This document shows, one piece after another, positions 1 to 9,036 of a stretch of 64,000 nucleotides of DNA. Location: NCBI GenBank assembly GCA_016210205.1, contig JACQUO010000007.1, positions 8,834 to 72,833 on the forward strand, written 5' to 3'. Origin of the DNA: Chloroflexota bacterium (GTDB lineage Bacteria; Chloroflexota; Dehalococcoidia; JACQUO01). The notes under the pieces were generated by a model that had not been told where the DNA came from, did no database searches, and saw only the letters and a list, made by a program, of their open reading frames with translations. Numbering within the stretch: position 1 is the stretch's first letter; every line of letters begins with the position of its first letter. A program made the translations under genes and the position numbers.

Positions 1-386
1 TGCTGGATGTGAGTCAGGATGAGGTTGGTGGAGGAGACGGTGATGTCCACTCCCAGGAGCTTGAAGAGGGGCTCCAGGCGGGGGTTCTTGACCCGGGCGA
101 TGGTCTTGGGGACCTTGAACTTGTGGCGGGCCACCTGGCAGGCCACCAGGTTATCCTCGTCGTCGCCGGTCACCGCCACCAGGACATCGGCCCGGGCGGT
201 GCCCACCTCCTCCAGGGTTTTGGCCTCGCAGCCGTCGCCCCGGACCGCCACGCTGCCCAACTCCTCGGTGATGCGCTGGCAGGCCTGGGGGTCCTGTTCG
301 ATGATGAGAACCTCCTGGCCGTCCTTGAGGAGGGATTTGCCCAGGTTGTAGCCCACGGCCCCGCCACCCACGACGATGAAGTACAT
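1..386 (-). CDS. TrkA-N (RCK N-terminal, NAD-binding) potassium transport regulatory protein; C-terminus outside window
   Basis: Not in ORF track because it runs off the left edge. My reverse translation from ATG at 386..384 gives MYFIVVGGGAVGYNLGKSLLKDGQEVLIIEQD... with a GxGxxG Rossmann motif typical of TrkA/KtrA N-domains. Confidence 0.75.
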   Translation of the reverse strand, partial: MYFIVVGGGAVGYNLGKSLLKDGQEVLIIEQDPQACQRITEELGSVAVRGDGCEAKTLEEVGTARADVLVAVTGDDEDNLVACQVARHKFKVPKTIARVKNPRLEPLFKLLGVDITVSSTNLILTHIQ

Positions 387-395
387 GGGGCCTCC

Positions 396-794
396 TTACG
401 TCTCGAGGGCCTTGCGGAGCATTTGGGCCCCCGCAATGGTGGGGCTGATGGTCTGAAGACCCAGGGCGCGGTACATCTGCTCCCGGATGGGGTCGTAGAT
501 GCGGCAGACCACCCGGGGCACCTTGAAGATATGCTTGGCGATTTGGGCCGCCAGGACATTGCGGTTGTCCCCCTGGGTGACGGCCACGAAGATTTGGGCC
601 TCCTCGATGCCGGCGTGGCGGAGGACATCCTCGTCGGTGCCGTTGCCCACCACGGGGGTGCCCTTGAAGGTCTGGGGCAGGCGGCGGAAGCTGTGGGGGT
701 CGATGTCCAGGACGACCACATCGTGGCCTTCTGTGTCCAGCATGGCGGCCAGCTGGGCCCCTACCCGTCCGCAGCCCATGATGATGGCTTTCAC
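396..794 (-). CDS. TrkA-N domain protein (K+ uptake regulatory subunit, N-domain only)
   Basis: 132 aa, MKAIIMGCGRVGAQLAAMLDTEGHDVVVLDID... GxGxxG plus acidic residue after beta2; tandem with the preceding TrkA-like gene. Confidence 0.75.
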   Translation of the reverse strand: MKAIIMGCGRVGAQLAAMLDTEGHDVVVLDIDPHSFRRLPQTFKGTPVVGNGTDEDVLRHAGIEEAQIFVAVTQGDNRNVLAAQIAKHIFKVPRVVCRIYDPIREQMYRALGLQTISPTIAGAQMLRKALET

Positions 795-816
795 AGCGCT
801 CCTTTGGTAGAGATGG

Positions 817-1251
817 TCAGTGGTGGTTCTCCACAGTCATGGCCTCGCGGCAGAGCCAGACCCGGCAGGGGGCGTTGCGGAGCACATAGGGGGCGGTGTC
901 CCCCAGGCTGTACTCCCCGAAGATTTTTTTGTAGTCCAGCCCCATGACGATGAGCTCAGCGTCGCGCTCATGGGCCTCGTCCACGATGGCGGGGCCGGCC
1001 TCCCGGGCCTGGAGCAACTCTGTCTCCAACTCGTAGCCCTCTTTCGCGGCTAGCATGGCTGCTTGGCTGAGAGCCATTTCCCCTTTCTGGATTTCCTCAT
1101 CAATCTCGGCGTCCAGGGGCAGAGAGCGCTTCACCTCGATGACATAGAGGACACCGACCTCCCCCCCGGTGCGTTTGGCCAGGGTGCAGGCCAGCTTGAT
1201 GGCCTCATCGTCGGCCCGGGTCCCTCTAACGGGCACCAGGATCTTTCCCAA
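817..1251 (-). CDS. universal stress protein (UspA family)
   Basis: 144 aa; KILVPV...AELIVMG...LGDTAPYVLRNAPCRVWL pattern typical of Usp; TTG start preceded by GGAGGG. Confidence 0.7.
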   Translation of the reverse strand: MGKILVPVRGTRADDEAIKLACTLAKRTGGEVGVLYVIEVKRSLPLDAEIDEEIQKGEMALSQAAMLAAKEGYELETELLQAREAGPAIVDEAHERDAELIVMGLDYKKIFGEYSLGDTAPYVLRNAPCRVWLCREAMTVENHH

Positions 1252-1317
1252 GAAGCCCTCCGCCTCGCCTAGCTGCTCCGACTTCTTTAGCCAGGGCTTT
1301 TATTTTGGCAAGCATAC

Positions 1318-1347
1318 ATTATAGCTTTATGGCGACAATTTTTGCAA
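1318..1347 (-). promoter_or_regulatory. sigma-70-like promoter for usp (TTGCAA-18 nt-TATAAT)
   Basis: Minus-strand reading TTGCAAaaattgtcgccataaagcTATAAT in an AT-rich gap about 65 nt upstream of the usp start. Confidence 0.45.
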
Positions 1348-1366
1348 TGGCCTGGGGGAAAGGCTT

Positions 1367-2884
1367 TCATGGTCGCCGTACCACCCGCCGGCGTAGCTGG
1401 TAGCGGCGCCACAGCCGGTGGCCGAAATAGACCAGGAGGCCTAAGCCCATCCACGCGAACCCCACCCAGCGGGTGAAGGGCTGGATGGAGATGATTACTA
1501 ACCAGATGGAGAAGGTAGCCATCAACCCCAGGATGGCGGTGGCTGGGAGCTCACGCCCCGCTATCTTCAGGTTGAGGCCAAGTTTGAAGGGGCGGCTCAA
1601 GTCCGGTCGGCGGATACGCAGTCCCAGGAGGGAGGCATGGGCCAGGGCGTAGGTGAGCAGGGAGCCGAAGGTGTATAGGGCGCCCAGGTCGGCCAGAAAG
1701 GTGGGGCGAACGAGCGCCGGCAGCTTGAGAATCAGGGCAATGCCTCCAAAGATTAGGATGGCTAGATAGGGGGTCTTGAAGCGGCGGTGCACCTTGCTGA
1801 TGGCCGAGGGCAACTGGCGGTTCACCCCCAGGGAGAAGGCCAGGCGGGAGATGCCCAGGAGCCCGGCGTTGGTGGCGATGAACAGGATGGTGGCGGCGAG
1901 CACGGCTACCAAGGGTGCCAGCACTGCCCTCAGCCAGGCGATGGGCATGTGACTGGCGATGCCGGCGATGGGGTCCTGGGCCCAGGTGGTGGCCAGCTCC
2001 GTGGGCGGCATGGCGGAGATAGTCACCACGGAGAGCCCGGCGAAGAGGGTGAGCACAGTGAACATCATGATGATGTGGGCCTGGGGCACCAGCACTTGGG
2101 GCTGCTTGGTTTCGTCGGCCATCTGGGAGATGGTCTCCACCCCCGTGTAGGCCAGGGAGGCCATAGCGATGGCGATGACCAGGTTCTCCATGGTCGGCCA
2201 ATAGGTGACTACCCGGCCCAGGAAGATTTCGGGGTCGAACAAGAGGACAAAGCCGGTGAGGATGAGGAGAAGCTGGGTGACTACATCCAGGGCTGCGGCC
2301 CCCATATTCACAAAGGAGGACTCCCGTACGCCCACGATGTTAATCACTATCAGGAAACCCACTAGGCTCATGGAGACCATGGTGTGGACTAATATTGACT
2401 CTTTGAGAGGCGCCCAGAAGTACCCCAGATAGGGGGGGATGGTGAATGAGGAGATAGAGATGGTGATGACATAGGAGAGCATCAGAGACCAGGCGGCTAC
2501 GAAGCTGACATGAGGGCCAAAGGCGTGGCGGGCGAAGGAGGAGGAGCCTCCCGCTTCAGGAAGGGTGGCTGCTCCTTCGGCGTAGGTGAGGGCCGTGAAG
2601 ATGAAGAAGATACCGGCGATGCCCAGGACGATAGGCGTGGCCCCCAGGGCGAAGAGGGCCACCACCCCCAGGGCGTAGTAGATGGAGGAGCCCACATCGC
2701 CGTAGCTGGTGCTGAAGAGAGCAGGGATGCCCAGCACCCGGGGCAGACGGAAGCGGGGGTGGCGAATGACCCGGTCCCCCACTCGGGAGACGCGGGGGGC
2801 CGCTCCCCCCTCGGGCTGGGTGCGGCTGGGGCGGCCCCGGCGCACCCGGCGGTCGCCGGGGCGAGGGCCGCGGGTCTTGGCCAT
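1367..2884 (-). CDS. APC-family amino acid permease
   Basis: 505 aa, about 12 predicted hydrophobic helices, FSTSYGDVGSSIYYALG N-terminal motif typical of amino acid/polyamine permeases. Confidence 0.75.
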   Translation of the reverse strand: MAKTRGPRPGDRRVRRGRPSRTQPEGGAAPRVSRVGDRVIRHPRFRLPRVLGIPALFSTSYGDVGSSIYYALGVVALFALGATPIVLGIAGIFFIFTALTYAEGAATLPEAGGSSSFARHAFGPHVSFVAAWSLMLSYVITISISSFTIPPYLGYFWAPLKESILVHTMVSMSLVGFLIVINIVGVRESSFVNMGAAALDVVTQLLLILTGFVLLFDPEIFLGRVVTYWPTMENLVIAIAMASLAYTGVETISQMADETKQPQVLVPQAHIIMMFTVLTLFAGLSVVTISAMPPTELATTWAQDPIAGIASHMPIAWLRAVLAPLVAVLAATILFIATNAGLLGISRLAFSLGVNRQLPSAISKVHRRFKTPYLAILIFGGIALILKLPALVRPTFLADLGALYTFGSLLTYALAHASLLGLRIRRPDLSRPFKLGLNLKIAGRELPATAILGLMATFSIWLVIISIQPFTRWVGFAWMGLGLLVYFGHRLWRRYQLRRRVVRRP

Positions 2885-3109
2885 CTAGCCCTCCTCGGGG
2901 CCCCGGGGGCCGGGCCCCGCTGGGGCGGGGGCCGCGCCGCGGGCAGGCCGGGCGGCCCAGAGGCGCAGGACCCCGTTGGCCAGCAGCAGCGCCCCCGCGA
3001 AGACGCCGATGTTCAGGTCCAAGCCGCCGCGGCTGAAGGCGGCGCCCAGGAGCAGCATCCCCAGGAGCAGGGAGACCGTGCCGAAGGCGAAGTTGAGCCT
3101 GGTGGTCAC
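2885..3109 (-). CDS. small hydrophobic protein (2 TM), hypothetical
   Basis: 74 aa ORF abutting the permease start (stop directly adjacent to ATG at 2884); GTG start, weak RBS. Confidence 0.35.
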   Translation of the reverse strand: MTTRLNFAFGTVSLLLGMLLLGAAFSRGGLDLNIGVFAGALLLANGVLRLWAARPARGAAPAPAGPGPRGPEEG

Positions 3110-3244
3110 AACGTTCTTTCTAGCAAAGGGGGCTATTGGGCCAGGGGCATTGTAGCTGGGGGGCGACTTTCTGTCAATTTACCGCCTCTCTCCGGCGGCC
3201 TATGGAGGAGGTCGTCTGCCGCTGGGGAGCGCAGGGGGGCCCGC

Positions 3245-3369
3245 GGCCCGCCGTAGGCGGGTCTGGGGGTGTCCCCCGCTTTCAATTCCCCCCTTCTCCT
3301 GCGGGAGAGGGGAAAGATAAACCTTGGGGGGATTCCCCCAACCCCCTTGCAGGGGTGAAACCCCTGCAC
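3245..3369. repeat. modular GC-rich palindromic intergenic repeat (B-rev + A + B-like modules)
   Basis: ctgggggtgtccccc, ccccttctcctgcgggagagggg and gggggattcccccaaccccc...aggggtgaaacccct hairpins; same modules recur at 8 other loci. Confidence 0.8.
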
Positions 3370-3401
3370 CTCTTTGAGGCTCCCGCTGGGCCAATGCTAT
3401 A

Positions 3402-5564
3402 ATGGGCCTTCAGGAGGCTCCCTTGCCAGACATCCTCGCCGAACTCAACCCGGCCCAGCGCCAAGCGGTGGTGGCCCCGCCGGGGCCACTGCTCATCCTG
3501 GCGGGGCCAGGCTCGGGCAAGACCCGGGTCATCGCCCACCGCGTGGCCTATCTCATCCAGGCCCGGGGCGTCAGCCCGCGGCGCATCATGGCGGTCACCT
3601 TCACCAACAAGGCGGCCCGGGAGATGAAGGAGCGCCTCAATCGTCTCCTGGGGCCCACGGCCCTGGAGCTCACCGTGGGCACCTTCCACGCCATCTGCGC
3701 CCGCATCCTGCGCCAGGACGGGGCCGCTTTGGGCCTGGACCGGAGCTTCGTCATCTACGACGATGACGAGCAGCGGGGCCTGGTCAAGGAGAGCCTCGTG
3801 GACCTGGGCCTGGACCCCAAGCAGCATAGCCCCGGCGCGGTGCTAGGGGCCATCTCCGCCGCCAAGAGCCAGCTCATGGAGGTGGAGGACTTCCGCCGCC
3901 GCCACGCCCAGGACTACTTCCAGGAGGTGGTGGGACGCGTCTACGAGCGCTATCAAGAGCGCCTGCGAGAGAGCAAGGCCCTGGACTTCGACGACCTCCT
4001 CATGGGGGCAGTGCAGCTCTTCCAGCGCCATCCCCCGGTGCTGGCCCGCTACCAGGAGCGCTACCAGCATCTCCTGGTGGACGAGTTCCAGGACACCAAC
4101 CTGGCCCAGTATGCCCTGGCCCGGCTCCTGGCGGGGGGGCACCGCCACATCTGCGTGGTGGGCGACCCCGACCAGTCCATTTACTCCTGGCGCTCCGCCG
4201 ACATCCGCAACATCCTCTCCTTCGAGCGCGATTTCCCCGGGGCCCAGGTGGTCTATCTGGAGCAGAACTACCGCTCCACCCAGACCGTCCTCCAGGCCGC
4301 CCACGCCGTCATCGCCAAGAACAAGGAGCGCAAGGAGAAGCAGCTCTGGACCGAGAACGCGGCGGGCCCGCCCATCATGATGGTCGAGGCCTACGACGAG
4401 AAGGAGGAGGCCCAGTGGGTGGCCCTGGAGGTGGAGCGGCTCCTCTCCCAGGAGAAGGGCGGCCAGTGCGCCGTCATGTACCGCACCAACGCCCAGTCCC
4501 GTCCCCTGGAGGAGGCCTTCCTGCACCTGGGCCTCCCCTACCAGCTGGTGGGGGGCACCCGCTTTTACGAGCGGCGGGAGGTGAGGGATGTGGTGGCCTA
4601 TCTGCGCCTGGCCCACAACCCCTACGACAGCGCCAGCCTGGCCCGGGTGCTCAATGTCCCGCCCCGGGGCATCGGGGCCAAGACCATCGAGGACGTTTCC
4701 CGCCTGGCTCGCCAGCGGGAGCTCCCCCTCTACGCCGCGCTCCAGCTGGCGGCGGCGGAGGATGTGGGCTTGTCCGCGGCGGCGCGGCAGCGTCTGGGGG
4801 GCTTTCTGGAGCTTCTCCACCGCCTCATGGCGGCGGCTAAAGAGCTGGCCCCGCTGGCCCTCCTGAATCTGGCGCTGGAGCGCACCGCCTACCGCCAGTA
4901 CCTCGTTGAGAGCGAGCCGGGGAGGCCGGGGGAGGAGCGCTGGGAGAACCTCCTGGAGCTTCGGGGGGTGGCGGAGGAGTATGGGGAGATGGGGCCCGGG
5001 GTGGGCCTGGAGGCTTTTCTCGAGCGGGTGGCCCTCCATTCCGACACCGATGAGCTGGGGGAGAAGCCGGAGCGGGTGACGCTCATTACCCTGCACCAGG
5101 CCAAGGGTCTGGAGTTCCCCGCCGTCTTCATCGTGGGGCTGGAGGAGGGTATCCTGCCCCATAGCCGCTCCTTCGACGACCCGGCCCAGATGGAGGAGGA
5201 GCGGCGTCTCTTCTATGTGGGCATGACCCGGGCCCAGGAGCGACTCTATCTGGTGCGAGCCTTCCGCCGCCGCTACCTGGGGGCCTCCACCCCCCGGCTG
5301 CCCTCCCGCTATCTGGCGGACATCCCCGCGCTCCTCACCATCACCCCCCGGGAGCGGGGACGGGCGGCGGAGCGCCCCGCGGCCCCGGCGGCGCTGGCGG
5401 CCTACCGGGCGGGGGAGAAGGTGCGCCACGCCCAGTTCGGCGATGGCATCGTGGTGGCCGCCCAGCCCGCCCGGGACGACCTGGAGGTGACCATCGCCTT
5501 CAAGGGCCAGCCGGGGGTGCGCAAGTTCCTGGCCAGCCTGGCCCAGTTGGAGAAGACGGGATGA
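3402..5564 (+). CDS. pcrA: ATP-dependent DNA helicase PcrA/UvrD (SF1)
   Basis: 720 aa; LNPAQRQAV, AGPGSGKT (Walker A), VDEFQDTN, YRS, TLHQAKGLEF, LFYVGMTRA motifs. Confidence 0.9.
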   Translation: MGLQEAPLPDILAELNPAQRQAVVAPPGPLLILAGPGSGKTRVIAHRVAYLIQARGVSPRRIMAVTFTNKAAREMKERLNRLLGPTALELTVGTFHAICARILRQDGAALGLDRSFVIYDDDEQRGLVKESLVDLGLDPKQHSPGAVLGAISAAKSQLMEVEDFRRRHAQDYFQEVVGRVYERYQERLRESKALDFDDLLMGAVQLFQRHPPVLARYQERYQHLLVDEFQDTNLAQYALARLLAGGHRHICVVGDPDQSIYSWRSADIRNILSFERDFPGAQVVYLEQNYRSTQTVLQAAHAVIAKNKERKEKQLWTENAAGPPIMMVEAYDEKEEAQWVALEVERLLSQEKGGQCAVMYRTNAQSRPLEEAFLHLGLPYQLVGGTRFYERREVRDVVAYLRLAHNPYDSASLARVLNVPPRGIGAKTIEDVSRLARQRELPLYAALQLAAAEDVGLSAAARQRLGGFLELLHRLMAAAKELAPLALLNLALERTAYRQYLVESEPGRPGEERWENLLELRGVAEEYGEMGPGVGLEAFLERVALHSDTDELGEKPERVTLITLHQAKGLEFPAVFIVGLEEGILPHSRSFDDPAQMEEERRLFYVGMTRAQERLYLVRAFRRRYLGASTPRLPSRYLADIPALLTITPRERGRAAERPAAPAALAAYRAGEKVRHAQFGDGIVVAAQPARDDLEVTIAFKGQPGVRKFLASLAQLEKTG

Positions 5565-5610
5565 GGGGGATGCGAGACGTTCCCCTGTCTGCTCCAGCCA
5601 ACGAAGTGGG

Positions 5611-5710
5611 AGCCCAGAGGGCGTAGCCCTTGGGACGGGGGGTTGGGGGAACCTCCCAACATCTATCTTCCCCCTTCTCCTGCAGGAGAAGGGGACCAGG
5701 GGGATGAGGG
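5611..5710. repeat. modular GC-rich palindromic intergenic repeat (B-rev + A)
   Basis: gggttgggggaacctcccaa plus ccccttctcctgcaggagaagggg perfect palindrome. Confidence 0.8.
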
Positions 5711-5806
5711 AGCCGAGGTGCCCATTGGGAGGGTTTTGCCGGGAAGGGCATGGCCCCTGGGGAAGGGGTCTTGAACCGGAACTCTTAGCTAGAGGAGAGC
5801 AGAACA

Positions 5807-5911
5807 GTGCCAATCATAATAGGCTTTGTCGTCGGCGTGGTGGCCACCCTCGCCGTGGGGGCCGCCGTCCTGAGCTGGCTGAAACAGAAGGGGAAGGTGT
5901 GGTGGGGCTGA
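5807..5911 (+). CDS. possible 34-aa single-TM peptide
   Basis: My translation: GTG start 7 nt after AGAGGAGAG, MPIIIGFVVGVVATLAVGAAVLSWLKQKGKVWWG stop; below ORF-track size cutoff; followed by hairpin ataccccaggcttaagcctggggtat. Confidence 0.3.
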   Translation: MPIIIGFVVGVVATLAVGAAVLSWLKQKGKVWWG

Positions 5912-5994
5912 CAGGGAAGGGGGTTGATACCCCAGGCTTAAGCCTGGGGTATGGATGGGCTTGCCCTGAGGGAAGTCGCAGAAGTGTCCCCCAC

Positions 5995-6126
5995 GGGGGT
6001 GCAGGGGGCAACGCCCCCGCCGGGGAGTCCAGAGGGGCAAAGCCCCTTTGGCGGGGGTCTGGGGGTGTCCCCCCGACTCTCCTTCTCCTCTCCCTCTCCT
6101 GCAGGAGAAGGGCCAGAGGGTAGAGG
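5995..6126. repeat. modular GC-rich palindromic intergenic repeat (B-like + B-rev + A)
   Basis: agtccagaggggcaaagcccctttggcgggggtctgggggtgtcccccc then ctctcctgcaggagaaggg. Confidence 0.8.
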
Positions 6127-6152
6127 TATCAGATTGCCTGAGGTGGGTTTCT

Positions 6153-6518
6153 ATGATTGAGCTTCGCGAGATTGACCACATTTGCCTCTTGGTCAGCGAC
6201 CTGGCGAATTCAAGAGAGTATTACCAAAAGTTGTTCGCGGTAGAGTGCAGTCCACATCCCAGGGACCCCTCGGCCTTGATGGTTGAATCCCGCCACGCTC
6301 GCTTTTTCATGAAGGAGATTCAGGCCACGCCGGATATCCTCGGCCAGCAGCACCTCTCCTTCAGGGTGCAATCCCTGGCCCCGGTCATAGAAATGTTGCA
6401 ACGGGATAATATCAGCTATGAGGTCGGTGTTTTCACCCATTTTGCCCGTTCCAACTACCGATGGGTGGAGTGGCGGGACCCGGATGGGATTAGGCTGGAG
6501 TGCGTGGAGCTACTTTGA
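6153..6518 (+). CDS. VOC-family (glyoxalase/bleomycin resistance/dioxygenase) protein
   Basis: Start trimmed to internal Met (MIELREIDHICLLVSDL...) because the upstream part of the track ORF is repeat sequence; HxxxxV...DPDGxxxE pattern of VOC fold; GC visibly lower than flanks. Confidence 0.65.
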   Translation: MIELREIDHICLLVSDLANSREYYQKLFAVECSPHPRDPSALMVESRHARFFMKEIQATPDILGQQHLSFRVQSLAPVIEMLQRDNISYEVGVFTHFARSNYRWVEWRDPDGIRLECVELL

Positions 6519-6534
6519 GGAAGGAGGAACAGAC

Positions 6535-6996
6535 ATGCCCAAGCTAGAGTTGGGGCCTTTGGGGCAGGTGGGCGTCGTCGTCCGGGACATCGAGAGGGTC
6601 ATGGCCCACTACACCGAGACCTTCGGCCTCGGCCCCTGGCGCACCACGACGGTGGACACGGTCTCCCAGTATCGGGGCCAGCCGAGGCCCCTGAAGATGA
6701 AGCTGGCCTTCGCCTCATTGGGGCCGGTGCAGCTGGAGCTCATCCAGCCCTTGGGGGAGGAGGAGAGCATCTACTCCGAGTTCCTCAAGGCCAAAGGGGA
6801 GGGCGTCCAGCACCTAGGCTTCTACTTCGACAGCCTGGAGAAAGCTATCGCCGACTTCCGGGCTGCGGGCATTGGGGTAGTCCAGGGGCGCTGGAGCAAA
6901 GAGGGGGGGTTCGCCTACATGGACACCGAAGCCGTGGGGGGTGTCTGCCTCGAGCTATTACAGCGGCGCCCGCCGGCCCCTCCTGCCAGCCGCTAG
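6535..6996 (+). CDS. VOC-family protein (methylmalonyl-CoA epimerase/glyoxalase-like)
   Basis: ATG at 6535 preceded by AAGGAGG; LGQVGVVVRDIE...QHLGFYFD...GGVCLELL typical paired beta-alpha-beta-beta-beta modules. Confidence 0.7.
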   Translation: MPKLELGPLGQVGVVVRDIERVMAHYTETFGLGPWRTTTVDTVSQYRGQPRPLKMKLAFASLGPVQLELIQPLGEEESIYSEFLKAKGEGVQHLGFYFDSLEKAIADFRAAGIGVVQGRWSKEGGFAYMDTEAVGGVCLELLQRRPPAPPASR

Positions 6997-7014
6997 TGGC
7001 GCAGGGCAGCGGCC

Positions 7015-8010
7015 TTAGAAGACCAGACGGAGCACCACCGCCAGGATGGCCGCCAGAATGCCGCAGACGGGGAAGGTGAGAAGCCAGGCAGCGACGATGT
7101 TCCGAGTCACCCCCCAGCGCACCGCGGAGAGGCGCTGGGTGGCCCCCACCCCCATGATGGAGGTGTTGATGGTGTGGGTGGTGCTGAGGGGGATGCCCAG
7201 GTGAGAAGCGAGCAAGATGGAGAAACTGGCCGAGCTCTCCGCGGCGAAGCCGTGCACAGGCTCCAGCTTGGTCAGCCGAAAGCCCATGGTGCGGAGGATG
7301 CGCCAGCCGCCGAAGGCCGTACCCAGCCCCATGACGGCGCCGCAAAGCCAAATCACCCACAGCGGCACCTCTGCCTGGCCGATGGCGCCCCCCAGAAAGA
7401 GGGCTAGGGCGAAGGCCCCCATGAACTTCTGGCCGTCGTTGCTCCCGTGGCTAAAGGCCATGACGGCGGAGGAGACAAGCTGAAGGCGGCTAAAGAGGCC
7501 CCCCGCGGTGGCGGGGCTGGCGCGCTGCAACAGCCAGAGGAGGGCGGTCATCAGCAGCACGCTCAGGAAAAAGCCCAGGAAGGTGGAGAAAAGCAGACCG
7601 ATGAGCACCTTCGTCCAGCCCTCCGCGAGGAGGACCGAGGGGCCGGCGGCCACTAGGCCGGCCCCCGTGAGGCTGGCGATGAGGGCATGGCTCTCGCTGG
7701 TGGGCAGGCCGTAGCGCCAGGTGATGGTGCTCCAGATGACGATGGCCAGCATGGCGGCGGCCACCACCGTCAGGTCCAGGGCCTCGGGCTTCAGTATCCC
7801 TTTGCTGATGGTGGTGGCCACAGCGGTGCCTGTTATCAGGGCCCCCGCCATATTGAGCGCCACCGCCATGACCACGGCCTGGAGGGGGGAAAGGACCCGG
7901 GTGGAGACTACCGTAGCGATGGCGTTGGGGGCGTCGGTCCAGCCGTTGACGAACTCCGCTGCCAGCACCAGGAACAGCACCACCAACAGCGGCAGGGACA
8001 GGTCAGGCAT
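7015..8010 (-). CDS. pit: inorganic phosphate transporter, PiT family
   Basis: Multi-TM protein with GWTDAPNAIATVVSTR and FSHGSNDGQK PHO4 signatures; start set at MPDLSL (ATG overlapping the TGA of the upstream DUF47 gene). Confidence 0.85.
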   Translation of the reverse strand: MPDLSLPLLVVLFLVLAAEFVNGWTDAPNAIATVVSTRVLSPLQAVVMAVALNMAGALITGTAVATTISKGILKPEALDLTVVAAAMLAIVIWSTITWRYGLPTSESHALIASLTGAGLVAAGPSVLLAEGWTKVLIGLLFSTFLGFFLSVLLMTALLWLLQRASPATAGGLFSRLQLVSSAVMAFSHGSNDGQKFMGAFALALFLGGAIGQAEVPLWVIWLCGAVMGLGTAFGGWRILRTMGFRLTKLEPVHGFAAESSASFSILLASHLGIPLSTTHTINTSIMGVGATQRLSAVRWGVTRNIVAAWLLTFPVCGILAAILAVVLRLVF

Positions 8011-8629
8011 ACTTGAGGACGACGCCCTCCAGCACATTGGCGGCGTCCTCGGCCCGGTCCGTGGCGCTCTCCAGGAGCTCGTAAATCTCCCGCCACTTAA
8101 TCAAGTCATACACTGAGGTCTGGTTGGCGAAGAGCTCCGCCACGGCGGTGCGCAGGACGATGTCGGCGTCGTTCTCCAGGCGGTTTATCTCCACGGTGAT
8201 GGGCAGGATTTCCTTGAGACGGCCCCGGGTGCGCAGCAGACCCACCGCTTTCTCCAGCTCGGCGGCGCATTCATATATCAGCCCCGCGAAGGCCCGGGCC
8301 GGCTCGGTGGGTCGGGTGATTTTATAGAGGTCGATGGCCATGGCGGCCCCTTCGATGAAGTCCAGGATGTCATCGATGGTGTGGGCCAGGGCGGCGATGT
8401 CCTCCCGGTCGATGGGGGTGACGAAGGTGAGGTGGAGCGCGGCGAAGATGCGGTGGGTGATGTTGTCGCCGGCGTGCTCCAGGTCCTGGATGCGCTGGAC
8501 CTTGGCCTCCACCTCGGTGAAGTCGTCCAGGAGGTCTTTGAGGGCCTGGGCGGCCACTTTGACATTGGCGGCATCCTGGGCGAAGAGGTCGTAGAAGCGG
8601 GCGTCGCGGGGCAACAGGGCTTTAAGCAC
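8003..8629 (-). CDS. DUF47/PhoU-like phosphate transport regulator (PiT accessory protein)
   Basis: 208 aa helical protein, FYDLF...EHxGD...NDAD pattern, genetically coupled to PiT. Confidence 0.8.
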   Translation of the reverse strand: MLKALLPRDARFYDLFAQDAANVKVAAQALKDLLDDFTEVEAKVQRIQDLEHAGDNITHRIFAALHLTFVTPIDREDIAALAHTIDDILDFIEGAAMAIDLYKITRPTEPARAFAGLIYECAAELEKAVGLLRTRGRLKEILPITVEINRLENDADIVLRTAVAELFANQTSVYDLIKWREIYELLESATDRAEDAANVLEGVVLKYA

Positions 8630-8641
8630 CGTGGTCTCCTA

Positions 8642-8829
8642 TCATAGGCTCTCGTCAGGGCGCGGCAAGACGCGGCTCAAGGGGGAGGGCAACCTGGCCC
8701 AGCCTGAACCCTCGGCCGCTTCGGGCTGGAACTTCTGGTCTTTAGAGTAGGGGTCGGCGTTTTTCCCTAGCGGATTATACTTAGGGGCCACAGGCCCGTC
8801 AATGGGAAAAGCCGCACCTTTGTCTGCCA
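8642..8829 (-). CDS. possible 62-aa hypothetical protein
   Basis: MADKGAAFPIDGPVAPKYNPLGKNADPYSKDQKFQPE...; GAAGGA 7 nt upstream of ATG; stop 12 nt before the DUF47 start. The longer track ORF (to 9019) is rejected because its N-terminus is repeat sequence. Confidence 0.3.
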
Positions 8830-8880
8830 TTCTGAATCCTTCAAAAGGAAGGACGAAGCATCTCCCGTTTGCGATGGCAG

Positions 8881-8990
8881 ATACCTCACCCCCTGGCCCC
8901 CCCTCCTGCAGGAGAGGGGGCAGGAAGAGGGGACTGGGGGACACCCCCAGACCCCCGTCAGAGGGGCGCCCCCCTCTGGACTCCCCCAGG
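8881..8990. repeat. modular GC-rich palindromic intergenic repeat (A + B)
   Basis: atacctcaccccctggccccccctcctgcaggagaggggg ... ctgggggacacccccagacccccgtcagaggggcgcccccctctggactcccc. Confidence 0.85.
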
Positions 8991-9036
8991 GCGAATTTGG
9001 GATGAGTCCAGGCCGCCAAAGCGGCCCTAAATGCCT

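Noticed and set aside
3843-5813. 656-aa ORF antisense to pcrA. Similar long antisense or off-frame ORFs: 9614..10924, 17795..19048, 24475..25563, 26724..28100, 29876..30712, 32135..33259, 39837..41180, 42023..43057, 53097..54290, 56400..57365, 57356..58096, 60505..61359, 21887..22756, 50874..51728
   Set aside because: Each lies opposite or out of frame to a gene with clear family motifs. Their translations are Gly/Arg/Pro/Ala-rich low-complexity strings, as expected from stop-codon depletion in GC-rich DNA. None shows recognisable motifs.
5704-6181. ORFs within repeat-rich gaps: 5704..6123, 5789..6181, 8642..9019 N-terminal part, 10831..11310, 10937..11275, 46321..46506, 50640..50837, 55474..56145
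   Set aside because: Their sequences are made largely of the palindromic repeat modules, and the same peptide fragments recur in both orientations. They lack ribosome-binding sites.
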